Source: a candidate division WS6 bacterium OLB20
Lineage (GTDB): Bacteria > Patescibacteriota > Dojkabacteria > B142 > OLB20
Direction: 5' to 3'
Assembly: GCA_001567355.1 (NCBI GenBank)
Contig: JYNZ01000003.1
Span: forward strand, 530,263-594,262
DNA: 64,000 nucleotides
The notes under the pieces were generated by a model. That model had not been told where the DNA came from, did not search any database, and was given only the letters and a program-made list of their open reading frames with translations. Shown piece by piece: positions 9,085 through 19,080 of this stretch (position 1 is its first letter; each line of letters starts with the position of its first letter). Made by a program: the position numbers and the translations under genes.

Positions 9085-9577
9085 TGTCTGTCCGGGTTTC
9101 TGTTCGTACTCTGTTTCCTGATGAAAATGCGTATTCGACTGCGATCACAAGCACCAGGATTGCGAGCGCATTATACCAGAGCAATCCTCCGATAAACTTC
9201 AGCAGCAGGAGCCCTACAAGAAACAGGTAGAGTAATACTCCTCTACGAACAGCATAACGCATATCAGGTTTTTCGTAAAACCGTTTGACGAACAGCTTAT
9301 CAAGCACCATGTGCACTCCTGCGACGATGCAGATCACGCCTCCGCCAAGCATCAGAAGCATGACAGAAAGATTCTTCTCGTCAATCAGTGTCCAGATCTG
9401 TCCAAGACGAACTGAGTCATCAATGAATGCCGAAAACTCCTCATTTGTTGTGATTGAGTAGCGTTCCAGTACACCATCCACCTGCTGTAAATCCCAAGGA
9501 GACTGTGTGTTAACCACATACAGCAGCAGGAGTAGGAAGATAATACCCGCCAGAATCATTGTGCCTGCTCGCTTCAT
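9077..9577 (-). CDS. Small multi-pass membrane protein, unknown function
   Basis: Hydrophobic segments at N-terminus, middle and C-terminus. Confidence 0.35.
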   Translation of the reverse strand: MKRAGTMILAGIIFLLLLLYVVNTQSPWDLQQVDGVLERYSITTNEEFSAFIDDSVRLGQIWTLIDEKNLSVMLLMLGGGVICIVAGVHMVLDKLFVKRFYEKPDMRYAVRRGVLLYLFLVGLLLLKFIGGLLWYNALAILVLVIAVEYAFSSGNRVRTETRTDNA

Positions 9578-9586
9578 GTTTATCTG

Positions 9587-10471
9587 CTATTGCTGAAACA
9601 GTCTAGCATGAAACGAGAAGAACTGACCCTGATCACCTGCACAATGAGCTGCATTGGCAAGGAATCCGGCGTTCTCATAGGGTTCACGCACGATATCTCT
9701 GAATACATATCTGAAACCTCCGTTACGCGCGCCATACTCCAAGAGTGGCAGCTGTGTCTGCATGTACTCTCTGCAGCGTGCACATTCATAATTGGCAAAC
9801 ACAACCGCAGTGATTGCCCCCTGCCCGACAAACGGTCCAGTTTCAAGCGGATACTCCCTCAGCAGTGCAGCCTGACGCAAACGTTCACGATCAGGTGCCG
9901 TTATTTCACGTACTTTTATCCGGGCATCCTCGGCGCTGAGGCCACCACCGGACGGGGATGTATACAGCGTAAGCAATGATGTTTCAAGGCGATCGAGGTC
10001 AGTCGAAAGACCAGACAGAACATACGCCTGCAGATCTTCCAGCTCTGTAAATTCCTCCTCAAGAAGTGCACTCATTCTGGATGTCGTCAGTCCTCCGGGT
10101 ACGAGAAATCCGGTAAGCCGGTCGTTGCCAGTTCCGAAGAATACCGTCGGGATTTCTTCAATGCCGATGGTCTGAGCCTGTGACTGAAACTGAGTGATCT
10201 GTTCAGAAAACTTCCTGTCTTCCAGGCATTCAGTAAACTGTGCAGTATCCAGTTCAAGATCGGCTGCAATTGTAAGAACGCAGTCGCGGCTGAAACGTTC
10301 ATCAGCAGAACAGGTATATCCCCTGCTGTAGTAACCTCCAAACCAGAGCAGAGCAAGTACGGTAACCGTGATTATCAGTGTGAGCAGGAACAGAATAACC
10401 AGAGCGTAACGTTTAGAATCCGTATTGAGGAGAAATCTGTATCTGCCGAGCTGTATCATCGGTCTGTTCAT
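9587..10471 (-). CDS. Membrane-anchored thioredoxin-fold/DsbA-like thiol-disulfide oxidoreductase
   Basis: N-terminal TM; CxxC in VVFANYECARCREY in thioredoxin-like context. Confidence 0.5.
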   Translation of the reverse strand: MNRPMIQLGRYRFLLNTDSKRYALVILFLLTLIITVTVLALLWFGGYYSRGYTCSADERFSRDCVLTIAADLELDTAQFTECLEDRKFSEQITQFQSQAQTIGIEEIPTVFFGTGNDRLTGFLVPGGLTTSRMSALLEEEFTELEDLQAYVLSGLSTDLDRLETSLLTLYTSPSGGGLSAEDARIKVREITAPDRERLRQAALLREYPLETGPFVGQGAITAVVFANYECARCREYMQTQLPLLEYGARNGGFRYVFRDIVREPYENAGFLANAAHCAGDQGQFFSFHARLFQQ

Positions 10472-10794
10472 GTCCCGCTGAAGGGGTCGGTCGTGTCTGC
10501 CGGTGTATCAGTCTGAAACGTAAACGGGTCGTTAAAGATATCATCTCCGCCTGCCGGTGTCGGGGTAGGTACAAAGTCCTGATCAAGCTGCTCGTCCCTG
10601 ATAATAAGTCCGTTACGCAGTATCCTGACGGACTCCAGCACATCCGTGCCCAGGTCGGAACGTATATCCAGATTGGTTATGCGTTTCTCAAACTCGGCAT
10701 TGGCACCTGACAGGGACTGATAGAATTCAAATCCGATGATACCGAACATTGTGACAATGGCTACAGCGATCAGAGTTATCCAGGACTTACTCAT
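10468..10794 (-). CDS. Small single-pass membrane protein, possibly pilus-assembly associated
   Basis: N-terminal TM helix; co-oriented and contiguous with PilN/PilO-like genes. Confidence 0.3.
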   Translation of the reverse strand: MSKSWITLIAVAIVTMFGIIGFEFYQSLSGANAEFEKRITNLDIRSDLGTDVLESVRILRNGLIIRDEQLDQDFVPTPTPAGGDDIFNDPFTFQTDTPADTTDPFSGT

Positions 10795-11399
10795 CAGAAC
10801 GAATTCCAGTAATAATAAGTACCATTTACAGTCATCTCAAACAGTTTCTCCTGACCTTCGACCTGATCTTTGGACTCGGAAAGTGTAATATCCTCCATCC
10901 TGATCGGAATCGGCAGGCCTTCGACACCGCCAAGCATCAGCTGCTGGTTGGGTACAGGACAGACTGTCGTAAAGTCCATGGCCACCTCGGTGATATTGAG
11001 ATGAATAAACAGGTCTTCATCCTCTGTAATGCCATCAGGATTAAAGTGCACCTGCGACAGAACACATCCGTACTGGTCAGCCATCTCTGCAAGATTAGCC
11101 GTAACCAGCTCATCGTTTCTGCCCTGCGGAATCAGTTCATTGAGTGAATCAATCTCATCTTCATACTGGGACTCCTGAAGTGCCAGCTGCTTGAGAGCAT
11201 TCTCCTTGGTCGTCAGCTGCTCAAGGTATTCCCGTTTCTGCTGATTCTGCTCATTCTGATCAGTGATCGACAGAAACGCGGGACGGACTGCGAGAAAGAA
11301 CATCAACACCAGCATAAAAAATGTCACCAGTACAACGGTATAAGTTTTTCCCTGTGTTGTTGCCAGAATTTTTCTGACTGTGCCCTGTCTTTGTGCCAT
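10794..11399 (-). CDS. PilO-like type IV pilus assembly protein
   Basis: N-terminal TM followed by coiled-coil (QNQQKREYLEQLTTKENALKQL); translationally coupled to PilN-like gene. Confidence 0.4.
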   Translation of the reverse strand: MAQRQGTVRKILATTQGKTYTVVLVTFFMLVLMFFLAVRPAFLSITDQNEQNQQKREYLEQLTTKENALKQLALQESQYEDEIDSLNELIPQGRNDELVTANLAEMADQYGCVLSQVHFNPDGITEDEDLFIHLNITEVAMDFTTVCPVPNQQLMLGGVEGLPIPIRMEDITLSESKDQVEGQEKLFEMTVNGTYYYWNSF

Positions 11400-12070
11400 T
11401 ACGGTATAACTGCTGGTGTATCGGTAGGCACATCGGTGCCTGAAAACGGATCAAGAAACGGGACGTCTGTCACTGTCGGCGTCACACCCGGTATCTCAGT
11501 CGTGTCATTCGCAGACGGGAGCACCTTGGTTGTCAGTGCTGAAAACTGTGCGCTAAAGGCGAATGTGGCAGCAATTATTGAGCCTTCACCTTCGATCGAA
11601 TCGAGCTCCTGCCTGGTAAAGCTGGTGGAATTTTTAAACCCGCTTTCCATATCCGCGATCTCAGCGACCTCTGCGGAGCCGCTGATGAACAGGCCCGAGC
11701 GTTTTGAGATCTGAACAATCAGTTCAGATGAGGTAGTCGGGAGGTAACCCACAATTTCGGCGAATACACTGGAGAATTCCGTACTTGTCTCCCACAGGTC
11801 ACGATATGCATCCGTTTTGGACTGTGTCGACAGATAACGGAGCTCGGCCTGCTGGAAGGTTTTAACTATAGCCTCTTTTGTTTCAATCTGCTCGTTGAGA
11901 TTGTTACTTTGAACATCAACAACGATACGGATCGCAAATGCGACAACAACGACCAGCTCTACGATAATGACAACGACGCGTGCTGAGCCTACCACCCAGT
12001 CGTATACACGCGTCCACATCGTCGGAGGTTCGATTTGCGGCCTTAACAGATTAAAGCCTTGCTTTGACAT
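11399..12070 (-). CDS. PilN-like fimbrial assembly protein
   Basis: N-terminal GFNLLRPQIEP (INLLP motif of PilN), TM helix, coiled coil. Confidence 0.5.
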   Translation of the reverse strand: MSKQGFNLLRPQIEPPTMWTRVYDWVVGSARVVVIIVELVVVVAFAIRIVVDVQSNNLNEQIETKEAIVKTFQQAELRYLSTQSKTDAYRDLWETSTEFSSVFAEIVGYLPTTSSELIVQISKRSGLFISGSAEVAEIADMESGFKNSTSFTRQELDSIEGEGSIIAATFAFSAQFSALTTKVLPSANDTTEIPGVTPTVTDVPFLDPFSGTDVPTDTPAVIP

Positions 12071-12205
12071 GGACAGTTTGTAGCTACTGGTACTACTTTA
12101 CCACACACACTGTGTCGCTGGAATGAGGGAATTTTTCTGCAAAAACACAATTAATTTGTATTTAAGAACAATGTTTTAGAGTAGGTACATTGTTATTCTA
12201 AAACC

Positions 12206-13450
12206 ATGAAGAAAATGCTTGTTGCGGTTATTTTGTTTGTACTGACAGGTGGTCTGTATATTCATGCGGTCATTGCAGAACAGTATCCGGTTATCATTGA
12301 GAATACTGATGACTACGCGGATGCAATCAGTCCTGCTCTTGAGCGGATGCTCAAAACCGAGATCGCGCATAACTGGACAAAAGAGCGGCACCCGCAGAAT
12401 CTCTTTGTGATTGGTGACGTCAGGATTGAGGACGGCTGGGGGATCGTCAGCCTGTTTCCCAAGGCTCTTGAGACAGAGAGTATGCTGGCTGCACAGCATT
12501 ACAGCAGTTTTCAGAGCGAAAACGGGATGAACGCACTCTTCCTGGAGGATCCGTTACTGGTTGCTCTCGAAGGCAACACTTCTGCTGGTATGATCATACG
12601 CAGTCTTCCGGCTGAAGAGCAATCCAGCTTAACGACATACTTCACGCCTGAATATTCTTCCGCAGGCGATTTGAGTCAGGTGTATCTGGGATACAAGTTT
12701 CCGTTTGACAGGTCAGTCGGCTTTAATATCTGGAGACATCCGCATGGCTGGCACAACGATGCCAGCGGTAACAAAGCACTCGATTTTGGCGGTGGTGACA
12801 TAACTACAGACACATACGTACTGTCAGCTGCACCAGGAATGGTAACGTCCATCTGTAAAAACACAGACGGCCGGCAGGCTTTCATGTACATTCAGACAGA
12901 AGATCCTGATAATCCCGGCACGTTGCTTAAAGGAGAGACGCTGCTGTATCTGCATTTTGACAAGGATTCTATTCCTGCAGAAATTAAGCAGAACGCCTGG
13001 GTCGAGCGCGGACAGATCCTGGGAAGACTTGTGGAGGGCGGTGATGAGCTTAACAGCAGCTGCCCCCAGTATGGCGTCGGCAGGCACAGTCATATAACCT
13101 TCCCGAATAAGCCTTTCGTCATCGACAGTCATACGATGACGACATATGACGATGGCAGTTTGAAAATTCTCAAAGATTCTCAGGAGTTACACTGGACGAA
13201 GGATACAGTATTCAACAGCACTCAGGACACCGAAGGAGCCTGTGACCTGGTCGATGGAATGATCTGGCATGTTTACAAAGACTGCTTTCTCTCCGGACAC
13301 AACGTTGTGAACAGCCATGTATGGATAGGATCAGGCTCAATGTTAACACTCGAACCATACTCCACGTTAGACATTGATTTCAGCAGCAGCTACCTGAAGG
13401 TGTCTCCTGAAGGTGGAATTACTTTAAAATCACAATCAAAACTATACTGA
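12206..13450 (+). CDS. Secreted peptidase M23 (LytM-like) family protein
   Basis: Signal peptide; M23-like motifs ALDFGGGD...VLSAAPGMV, YLHF, GQILGR, GRHSHITF. Confidence 0.5.
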   Translation: MKKMLVAVILFVLTGGLYIHAVIAEQYPVIIENTDDYADAISPALERMLKTEIAHNWTKERHPQNLFVIGDVRIEDGWGIVSLFPKALETESMLAAQHYSSFQSENGMNALFLEDPLLVALEGNTSAGMIIRSLPAEEQSSLTTYFTPEYSSAGDLSQVYLGYKFPFDRSVGFNIWRHPHGWHNDASGNKALDFGGGDITTDTYVLSAAPGMVTSICKNTDGRQAFMYIQTEDPDNPGTLLKGETLLYLHFDKDSIPAEIKQNAWVERGQILGRLVEGGDELNSSCPQYGVGRHSHITFPNKPFVIDSHTMTTYDDGSLKILKDSQELHWTKDTVFNSTQDTEGACDLVDGMIWHVYKDCFLSGHNVVNSHVWIGSGSMLTLEPYSTLDIDFSSSYLKVSPEGGITLKSQSKLY

Positions 13451-13452
13451 CA

Positions 13453-14583
13453 ATGAAAAAACCAGTTCTATTTGCATGTGTTCTCATCGCGACGCTTGCA
13501 GTGATTGCATCCACTCTAATTATTGCAGCATCTCAACGGGTGCTGCCGGACTCTGAATCGTCAACAGTCGATGATGTGGAGATGCTTCAGGATGATACCG
13601 GTAACATATCAGCTGGCAGCAGAAACACGTACAGTTCTCCGAAAGACCTGTATATGAAACCATTTTCATTAACATATCCTGATGGCTGGAGTGTGAACGA
13701 CAGTATTCTCGATGAGCGTCTATTGACCTTTAATCTGGACATCACTCGTGATGATTACGGCATCTCGATTACACAGGAGGGTGGTGATGCAGGCATTTGT
13801 GACTACGGGTATTCTGCAGCTAATGAAGAACTGACAAACAGGATACCTTTAAAGGACTCGGTATTTACAGAGATTAATGGCACATCCTTTGTGTTCAGGA
13901 TCCATGAACCTGACAATCATGGCCGGCGGCTGTTATGTCTGAAACACAGCGGTGAGGAACAGTTTGCGGACTATCTGAGTGCAATCGGTTTTATTTCTGT
14001 CAAATACCCCCGGGAGTATGATCCTCAGATCGTCGATGAGCTACATTCGATACTATCCTCAATCGCTATCGATACCTCACCATCCACCTTAAGCTTTACA
14101 TCAGGCTTTGCACAGGAGTTTACATTCAATTACCCGGCAGCATGGCAGGTCAAAGAAAACTTTGACTCAGAGAAAAGCACCATCCACATCGATGGAGGAT
14201 TCACTACGCAGTTTACTCTTCGCCGCTCATCAATACAGGAATGGCTTCAGTGCAGTGTTGCAGCCGAACATCATTCAACAGGTGACGTAGCCCGAATCCG
14301 TGACGGTGAGCAGTATATATACACACACCGGAGAAATCTGGTAAAGCAGAAACTTGTATCCGAGCATGACGTCAGCACCCTCGGAAACGGGGATCTCTAC
14401 AGCAACTGGGAACTCCGCGAGGGCATGTACTATTCGACCTGCCTTCTGAATAGTTTCACTGTTCTTGCCAGAGAGGAAGACGATGTCTATCTGCTGCTGG
14501 AAAACCCTGTTGTCGCTTCCAGCACAAAAGAATCTGATCTGTCTCGATTTGAAGAAATCTTCGCGGGACTCATCACTAACTAA
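13453..14583 (+). CDS. Secreted/anchored hypothetical protein
   Basis: N-terminal signal/TM MKKPVLFACVLIATLAVIA; no recognisable domain. Confidence 0.35.
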   Translation: MKKPVLFACVLIATLAVIASTLIIAASQRVLPDSESSTVDDVEMLQDDTGNISAGSRNTYSSPKDLYMKPFSLTYPDGWSVNDSILDERLLTFNLDITRDDYGISITQEGGDAGICDYGYSAANEELTNRIPLKDSVFTEINGTSFVFRIHEPDNHGRRLLCLKHSGEEQFADYLSAIGFISVKYPREYDPQIVDELHSILSSIAIDTSPSTLSFTSGFAQEFTFNYPAAWQVKENFDSEKSTIHIDGGFTTQFTLRRSSIQEWLQCSVAAEHHSTGDVARIRDGEQYIYTHRRNLVKQKLVSEHDVSTLGNGDLYSNWELREGMYYSTCLLNSFTVLAREEDDVYLLLENPVVASSTKESDLSRFEEIFAGLITN

Positions 14584-15761
14584 CCGGCAACCTGCCCGTA
14601 CAGTGCCCTGAACACAAACGTGTTCCAGTATGTGATGTTTTGATGGCCATAGCGGGGATCATCAGTTTTATCCAGGCCGTTTGCGACTGAGAGTTTTTCG
14701 TCCCAGCGGCCGGTGTCTTTATAACTGCGGGCGCAGTTACTCATCCATTTCCAGGCGATACGGTCGGCGTCATCATCGAATCCGTACTTTCGCAGTCCCT
14801 GTACAGTCACCCAGTGCAGAGGCGGCCACCCGTTCGGGTATGACCACTGCGCCTGCGGGTCAGCCAGCCGTTCCTCTGTAGCGGCCAGGCCGCCGCCCCG
14901 TTCAAAAACAGACAGCTGTTTCACTGCTGCAACCGCCTGTTGCTCACTTGCAAGTCCAGTCCAAAGCGGAAAGTATGCTGCAAGTGTCATGCCACTCATT
15001 TTCTTGCGGGTAACCATGTTGTAGTCATAGTAGAAGCCTTCCTCAGTGCTCCAGAAATAGTCATCAAATACGTGTTTACGGTCTTCGGCGCGTCCTGCCC
15101 AGATATCGGCTTCATAGTCTGCCGACAGAGTTCTGGCAAACGCTGTCAGGTTGCATTCCATTCCATAGAGAATGGCATTGAGATCAACGGGCAGAATGAC
15201 ATCGGTCTTCTGTTGAAACCTTGACGTGTTATCCCAGCCCGACTCCTGCTCAGCACCGTACCACGTCCCCCAGGTCTCGTTATGTGGTTCACTGTAGTCA
15301 TGATAGAAACTCATCCCGCTATCCTTGTGATAGTGGCCTGACTCAACTGATGTCCAGATATTGAGATACTCTTTTACCATGTACGGATATACAGTTTTCA
15401 GCCAGTTCAGGTCCTCTGTCTTGCGGTATATCTCTGCAACTGCCTCACTGAACAGAGGCGGCTGACTGCGTGTGGTATACGAATGCGAGCTGTTAGGGAT
15501 ATAACCGTACCGGTCCAGCAGGACGTTCATATTGGCAATCATATCCAGTGCTGTCTGCAGGCCCTCATCACCGAGCTCCAGCAGTCCCAGGATGATAAAG
15601 TAACTGTCCCAGTAAAACTGCTCGGCAAAAAACTCATCCGATGCAGGGATAAACGCTCCTGGCAGATCGTCTGCCTTGCGCTTATAGTTACTGATGCCGG
15701 AGATTGCCTTCACCGCATATGCTATCGTCTCATCGCTGAGAATTTTCTGTCTGTAATTCAT
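14580..15761 (-). CDS. treA: Trehalase (glycoside hydrolase family 37)
   Basis: Trehalase signatures FAEQFYWDSYF and QWSYPNGWPPLHW. Confidence 0.8.
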   Translation of the reverse strand: MNYRQKILSDETIAYAVKAISGISNYKRKADDLPGAFIPASDEFFAEQFYWDSYFIILGLLELGDEGLQTALDMIANMNVLLDRYGYIPNSSHSYTTRSQPPLFSEAVAEIYRKTEDLNWLKTVYPYMVKEYLNIWTSVESGHYHKDSGMSFYHDYSEPHNETWGTWYGAEQESGWDNTSRFQQKTDVILPVDLNAILYGMECNLTAFARTLSADYEADIWAGRAEDRKHVFDDYFWSTEEGFYYDYNMVTRKKMSGMTLAAYFPLWTGLASEQQAVAAVKQLSVFERGGGLAATEERLADPQAQWSYPNGWPPLHWVTVQGLRKYGFDDDADRIAWKWMSNCARSYKDTGRWDEKLSVANGLDKTDDPRYGHQNITYWNTFVFRALYGQVAG

Positions 15762-15865
15762 CGGGAACCTAAACTTAGCTGCAGACTATATGATTTTGTC
15801 AGGAAAGGTCAATATCTCTGACGCAGGTGCGTGTGATACGATAAGGCATTGTTAAACTTCTGAAA

Positions 15866-16390
15866 ATGGAAGTATTTGATCTTGTTGACAGCGAGGGTAA
15901 TATCATCGGTGAAACGACACGCGACGAGGCTCACAGCGACCCGTCACTGATTCATCCGGTTGTACACTCATGGATCTTTAACCGCAAGGGTCAGGTGCTG
16001 CTGCAGCAGCGTTCCTTACAGAAAAAGATCCACCCGGGCATGTGGGATATGTCCGTCGGTGGACATCTGAGCAAAGGTGATACAGCGAAAGACGGTCTCC
16101 GACGGGAGCTTGCGGAGGAACTGAACATCACAGACTACTCAGCAGAACTGATACGGACGTATGTCCGCGGCAAGGAGTACGAGACCGAGTTCATCTACCT
16201 GTATCATGTCAGCCTCGTTGATGACAATCAGCAGTTTACGATGCAGACCGAAGAGGTTGAACAGGTCAGATGGTTTGATCTTGCAGAGGTGTATGTTGCT
16301 CTACGTGACAGCACAATGGAGCTGACGCCGTCGATTGCCGAACAGCTGCCGCAGGTTATGCAGTATCTGATTGCAAAGGCTGTCAGCTGA
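15866..16390 (+). CDS. Nudix hydrolase
   Basis: Nudix box GGHLSKGDTAKDGLRRELAEELNI. Confidence 0.7.
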   Translation: MEVFDLVDSEGNIIGETTRDEAHSDPSLIHPVVHSWIFNRKGQVLLQQRSLQKKIHPGMWDMSVGGHLSKGDTAKDGLRRELAEELNITDYSAELIRTYVRGKEYETEFIYLYHVSLVDDNQQFTMQTEEVEQVRWFDLAEVYVALRDSTMELTPSIAEQLPQVMQYLIAKAVS

Positions 16391-17009
16391 AGGCAAATCT
16401 GCTCAGCTGTTTCCCGGCGATCTTCATCATGAGCGGCACCATCAGATCACGCGAGTCCCAGTCAAGCTCGACAACAGCATCGATCATGCCTTCGCTGCGT
16501 CGCTGATCGATCATGCCGATTATTGACTCCGCTGCCTGCAAACGTTTTCTGATATTCTCCGGAGATTCGGTACCGCGCTGGTTGAGATTGTGTTCAAGGT
16601 ACTGGCGATTTCGCGTGGTCAGGGCAACTACAAGTGCGTTACCTCCAAAGATTCTGCGAAACTCGGGCAGCTGATGTTCAACATTCGGCTCAATCAGATT
16701 AAGCCTGCCCTCCCCTGCCCGCAGGTCTTCTGCCATATAACCGTACCAGTGTCCTTCGGGACCGAACGGCTGGTGCTGCATGACAATATCACCTGTTCCA
16801 ACAAGCCGGGAAAATTCGTGAACGGGCATGCCTGCGCGCGTATCAGTCTCTCCTTCGCGCGGAGGCCTGGTTGTAACCTTGGGTGTCACCCTGACTGTGT
16901 CGCCGTAGGTACTCATCAGTGCATCAAATGTCGTGCTTTTGCCGATCCCTGCCGGTCCGACGACCGCCATGTATAATCCTTTTTCAATCATAATAGGTTG
17001 CTGTGTCAA
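16383..17009 (-). CDS. gmk: Guanylate kinase-like protein
   Basis: P-loop GPAGIGKST; TTRPPREGE matches GMK TTRxPRxGE; 208 aa. Confidence 0.7.
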   Translation of the reverse strand: MTQQPIMIEKGLYMAVVGPAGIGKSTTFDALMSTYGDTVRVTPKVTTRPPREGETDTRAGMPVHEFSRLVGTGDIVMQHQPFGPEGHWYGYMAEDLRAGEGRLNLIEPNVEHQLPEFRRIFGGNALVVALTTRNRQYLEHNLNQRGTESPENIRKRLQAAESIIGMIDQRRSEGMIDAVVELDWDSRDLMVPLMMKIAGKQLSRFAFS

Positions 17010-17342
17010 AAATACTCCTCACGGGAGCACATGCAGTAAACCATATACCGGATCTATACAGCTTGACGCTGCGCCGACATTATCCTGACATCAACCTGAC
17101 AAAGTATGTACGGTAAACACAGGCGGGATGCAGACACCTCCCCAGGACTCACACATACTCTCCCAACGCATTTACTGGACAGTGGGGATAATCTGTGATA
17201 TATTGCTCATATGAATCAATTCATGATGAGCTACAAATCAGTGTGTCTTTCACAACCGCAGACAGCGGGACGTGACACCATTGCTGCAACCGTGGCTTAT
17301 CCTGAGTACGTGTAACGATTCTTCTGGAATACTCTGACGGAT

Positions 17343-17368
17343 AAGCCTCCATACGGAGGCTTTTTTTT
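17343..17368 (+). terminator. Orphan intrinsic terminator (AAGCCTCC-ATAC-GGAGGCTT + T8)
   Basis: Perfect 8-bp stem, 4-nt loop, TTTTTTTT; no plus-strand CDS upstream within 370 nt. Confidence 0.6.
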
Positions 17369-17497
17369 CCCCCAAACTGCCTGATGGAGGTTTACCTGTC
17401 CGGGCTGCTGCACGCGGCCGCTGCATGCAAATGTTACAACCGTGACCCCGGACAGCTCTTGAACAATTACAGAATGTACAAAGGAGTAACAGCCATG

Positions 17498-18181
17498 TAC
17501 GGCAAAAAGATTGTGGTAAAACCGCACAGTTTTCACGGGTGCGAGCTGGAGCTAATGATGCGCCCGCCCGCACAAAGCGATATCCCGGCAATAGTTGCAG
17601 GTTTGCAGTACGAACCGGTCACCCGTGGCACACTCATGCTCGGGTCACCGGATGAGGCATTTGAGGAGAAATGGCTGGAACGCACCAGTCAGGACAAGGA
17701 CTCCGTCCACTGGGTGGTTGAGGTCAACGGCGAGTGCATTGCGCTCACGGGCATCAACTTCAAGGGTGGCAAATTTATCGGCACAGGGACTACAGGCAAG
17801 ATAAACTTTGCACCGCAAAAATACTGGGGCAAGCGCATTGCGACTGTCACTGATATGGTACGCACCTGGTACGGCTGGTACCAGCACGGACTGACCCGTT
17901 ATACAAGTGAAGTGTTCACTACAAACCCGGGGTCGTGGAAGTCTCTGCTCAAAAGCGGATACTACTTTACAGGCGTACATTCGTGCGCCGTATGGTCACA
18001 GGGGACATTCAACTCTGAGTACCTGTTTGAATGGACACGCCCTGACCATGCCGGGGAACGTTCTCTGCAGGAATTTGACCTGCCGTGGATGGATAAGGAA
18101 GCATACCGCCGGCACGTCCGCGAACAGCAGGAACGTGCAGCGCTTGTGCTGAAATACGTACCGGACTTTATCGTTCTGTAA
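17498..18181 (+). CDS. Hypothetical protein, possibly GNAT-fold acetyltransferase (longest ORF starts 17384; RBS AAAGGAG favours 17498)
   Basis: AAAGGAG 7 nt before ATG 17498; weak GNAT-like core (GTGTTGK...WGKRIA). Confidence 0.35.
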   Translation, partial: YGKKIVVKPHSFHGCELELMMRPPAQSDIPAIVAGLQYEPVTRGTLMLGSPDEAFEEKWLERTSQDKDSVHWVVEVNGECIALTGINFKGGKFIGTGTTGKINFAPQKYWGKRIATVTDMVRTWYGWYQHGLTRYTSEVFTTNPGSWKSLLKSGYYFTGVHSCAVWSQGTFNSEYLFEWTRPDHAGERSLQEFDLPWMDKEAYRRHVREQQERAALVLKYVPDFIVL

Positions 18182-18190
18182 TCAGTTGGG

Positions 18191-18224
18191 AGAAAAGACG
18201 CCCGCCCGCACGGGCGGGCGTCAT
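18191..18224. terminator. GC-rich hairpin terminator between convergent genes (GACGCCCGCCCG-CAC-GGGCGGGCGTC), U-tract on minus strand side
   Basis: 12-bp GC stem; AAAA upstream gives UUUU downstream on minus strand. Confidence 0.5.
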
Positions 18225-18229
18225 CACAG

Positions 18230-18943
18230 TCAGTTAAATCGGATGCTTTTCCAGCTTTCAAACACAGCCGGGTCATTGCGCTTTGTCACGACAGAACGCT
18301 GACCACCAAGCGACATATGAGCCTCTGAGAACCTTCCGTCAATGCTGCATCGTGCGATTGTCATTTCTCGACCCGGTACCTGAAACTTTTCGTATGTTAA
18401 GTTTCCGCCTGAACACCAGTGATCAAGCACACCTCCATCAATCACACTTACGTAAAACAGCTGTGAGCCCGCCGCATCCTTTACCTCAAACACAGTTGCT
18501 CCGTTGCCGGCTTCACCTGCATCAGGATTAAACGTCTCGGTGTGCCTCCATCCCGGTTGCAGTAAAAAACTTACTCCAAACTCGCTGCTGCTGACACGAC
18601 TCGATGTCGGCTGTGGAGCCGTAGTCTGCGTAGGAGCTGTTGGCGTCTGTGTCGGTTCTGCCGGAGCACCGGTAGCCGGTGGAGTTGCATCACATGCGAT
18701 CAGCGTGCAGGCAACCTCGCCATTACTGCAGCCGCAGGTATTGCATCCGTCTGATGCCGGAAAGCCCTCTCCATGTCTGTATGTTTTACCCTCATACGTG
18801 CAGGACGCCTGTCCGGGCAGTGGCAGAACTCCCTGATTCTGTATGGAGGCAGACAGTGCGTATCCTCCGATAAAACAGATAAGTAATGTCGAAAGCCAGC
18901 AGCCACCAAGTGCTGCGATCTTCCAGAGACGGTTACTGTTCAT
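18230..18943 (-). CDS. Secreted Cys-rich protein with P/T-rich linker, unknown function
   Basis: Signal peptide/TM; CxxC-rich segment CTYEGKTYRHGEGFPASDGCNTCGCSNGEVACTLIAC; PT-rich linker. Confidence 0.35.
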   Translation of the reverse strand: MNSNRLWKIAALGGCWLSTLLICFIGGYALSASIQNQGVLPLPGQASCTYEGKTYRHGEGFPASDGCNTCGCSNGEVACTLIACDATPPATGAPAEPTQTPTAPTQTTAPQPTSSRVSSSEFGVSFLLQPGWRHTETFNPDAGEAGNGATVFEVKDAAGSQLFYVSVIDGGVLDHWCSGGNLTYEKFQVPGREMTIARCSIDGRFSEAHMSLGGQRSVVTKRNDPAVFESWKSIRFN

Positions 18944-19080
18944 ACAATAGAAAACTGAGAAATAGTGCCCTCAGTATCTCAAAACCTTACAGAGACTTCC
19001 AGAAAGGAGAAGACAATGCAGTGCAATTGCCGCAGGTTCTTACAATCCAGCTCGAGATACCGTTCTGCTACAATTCACAT

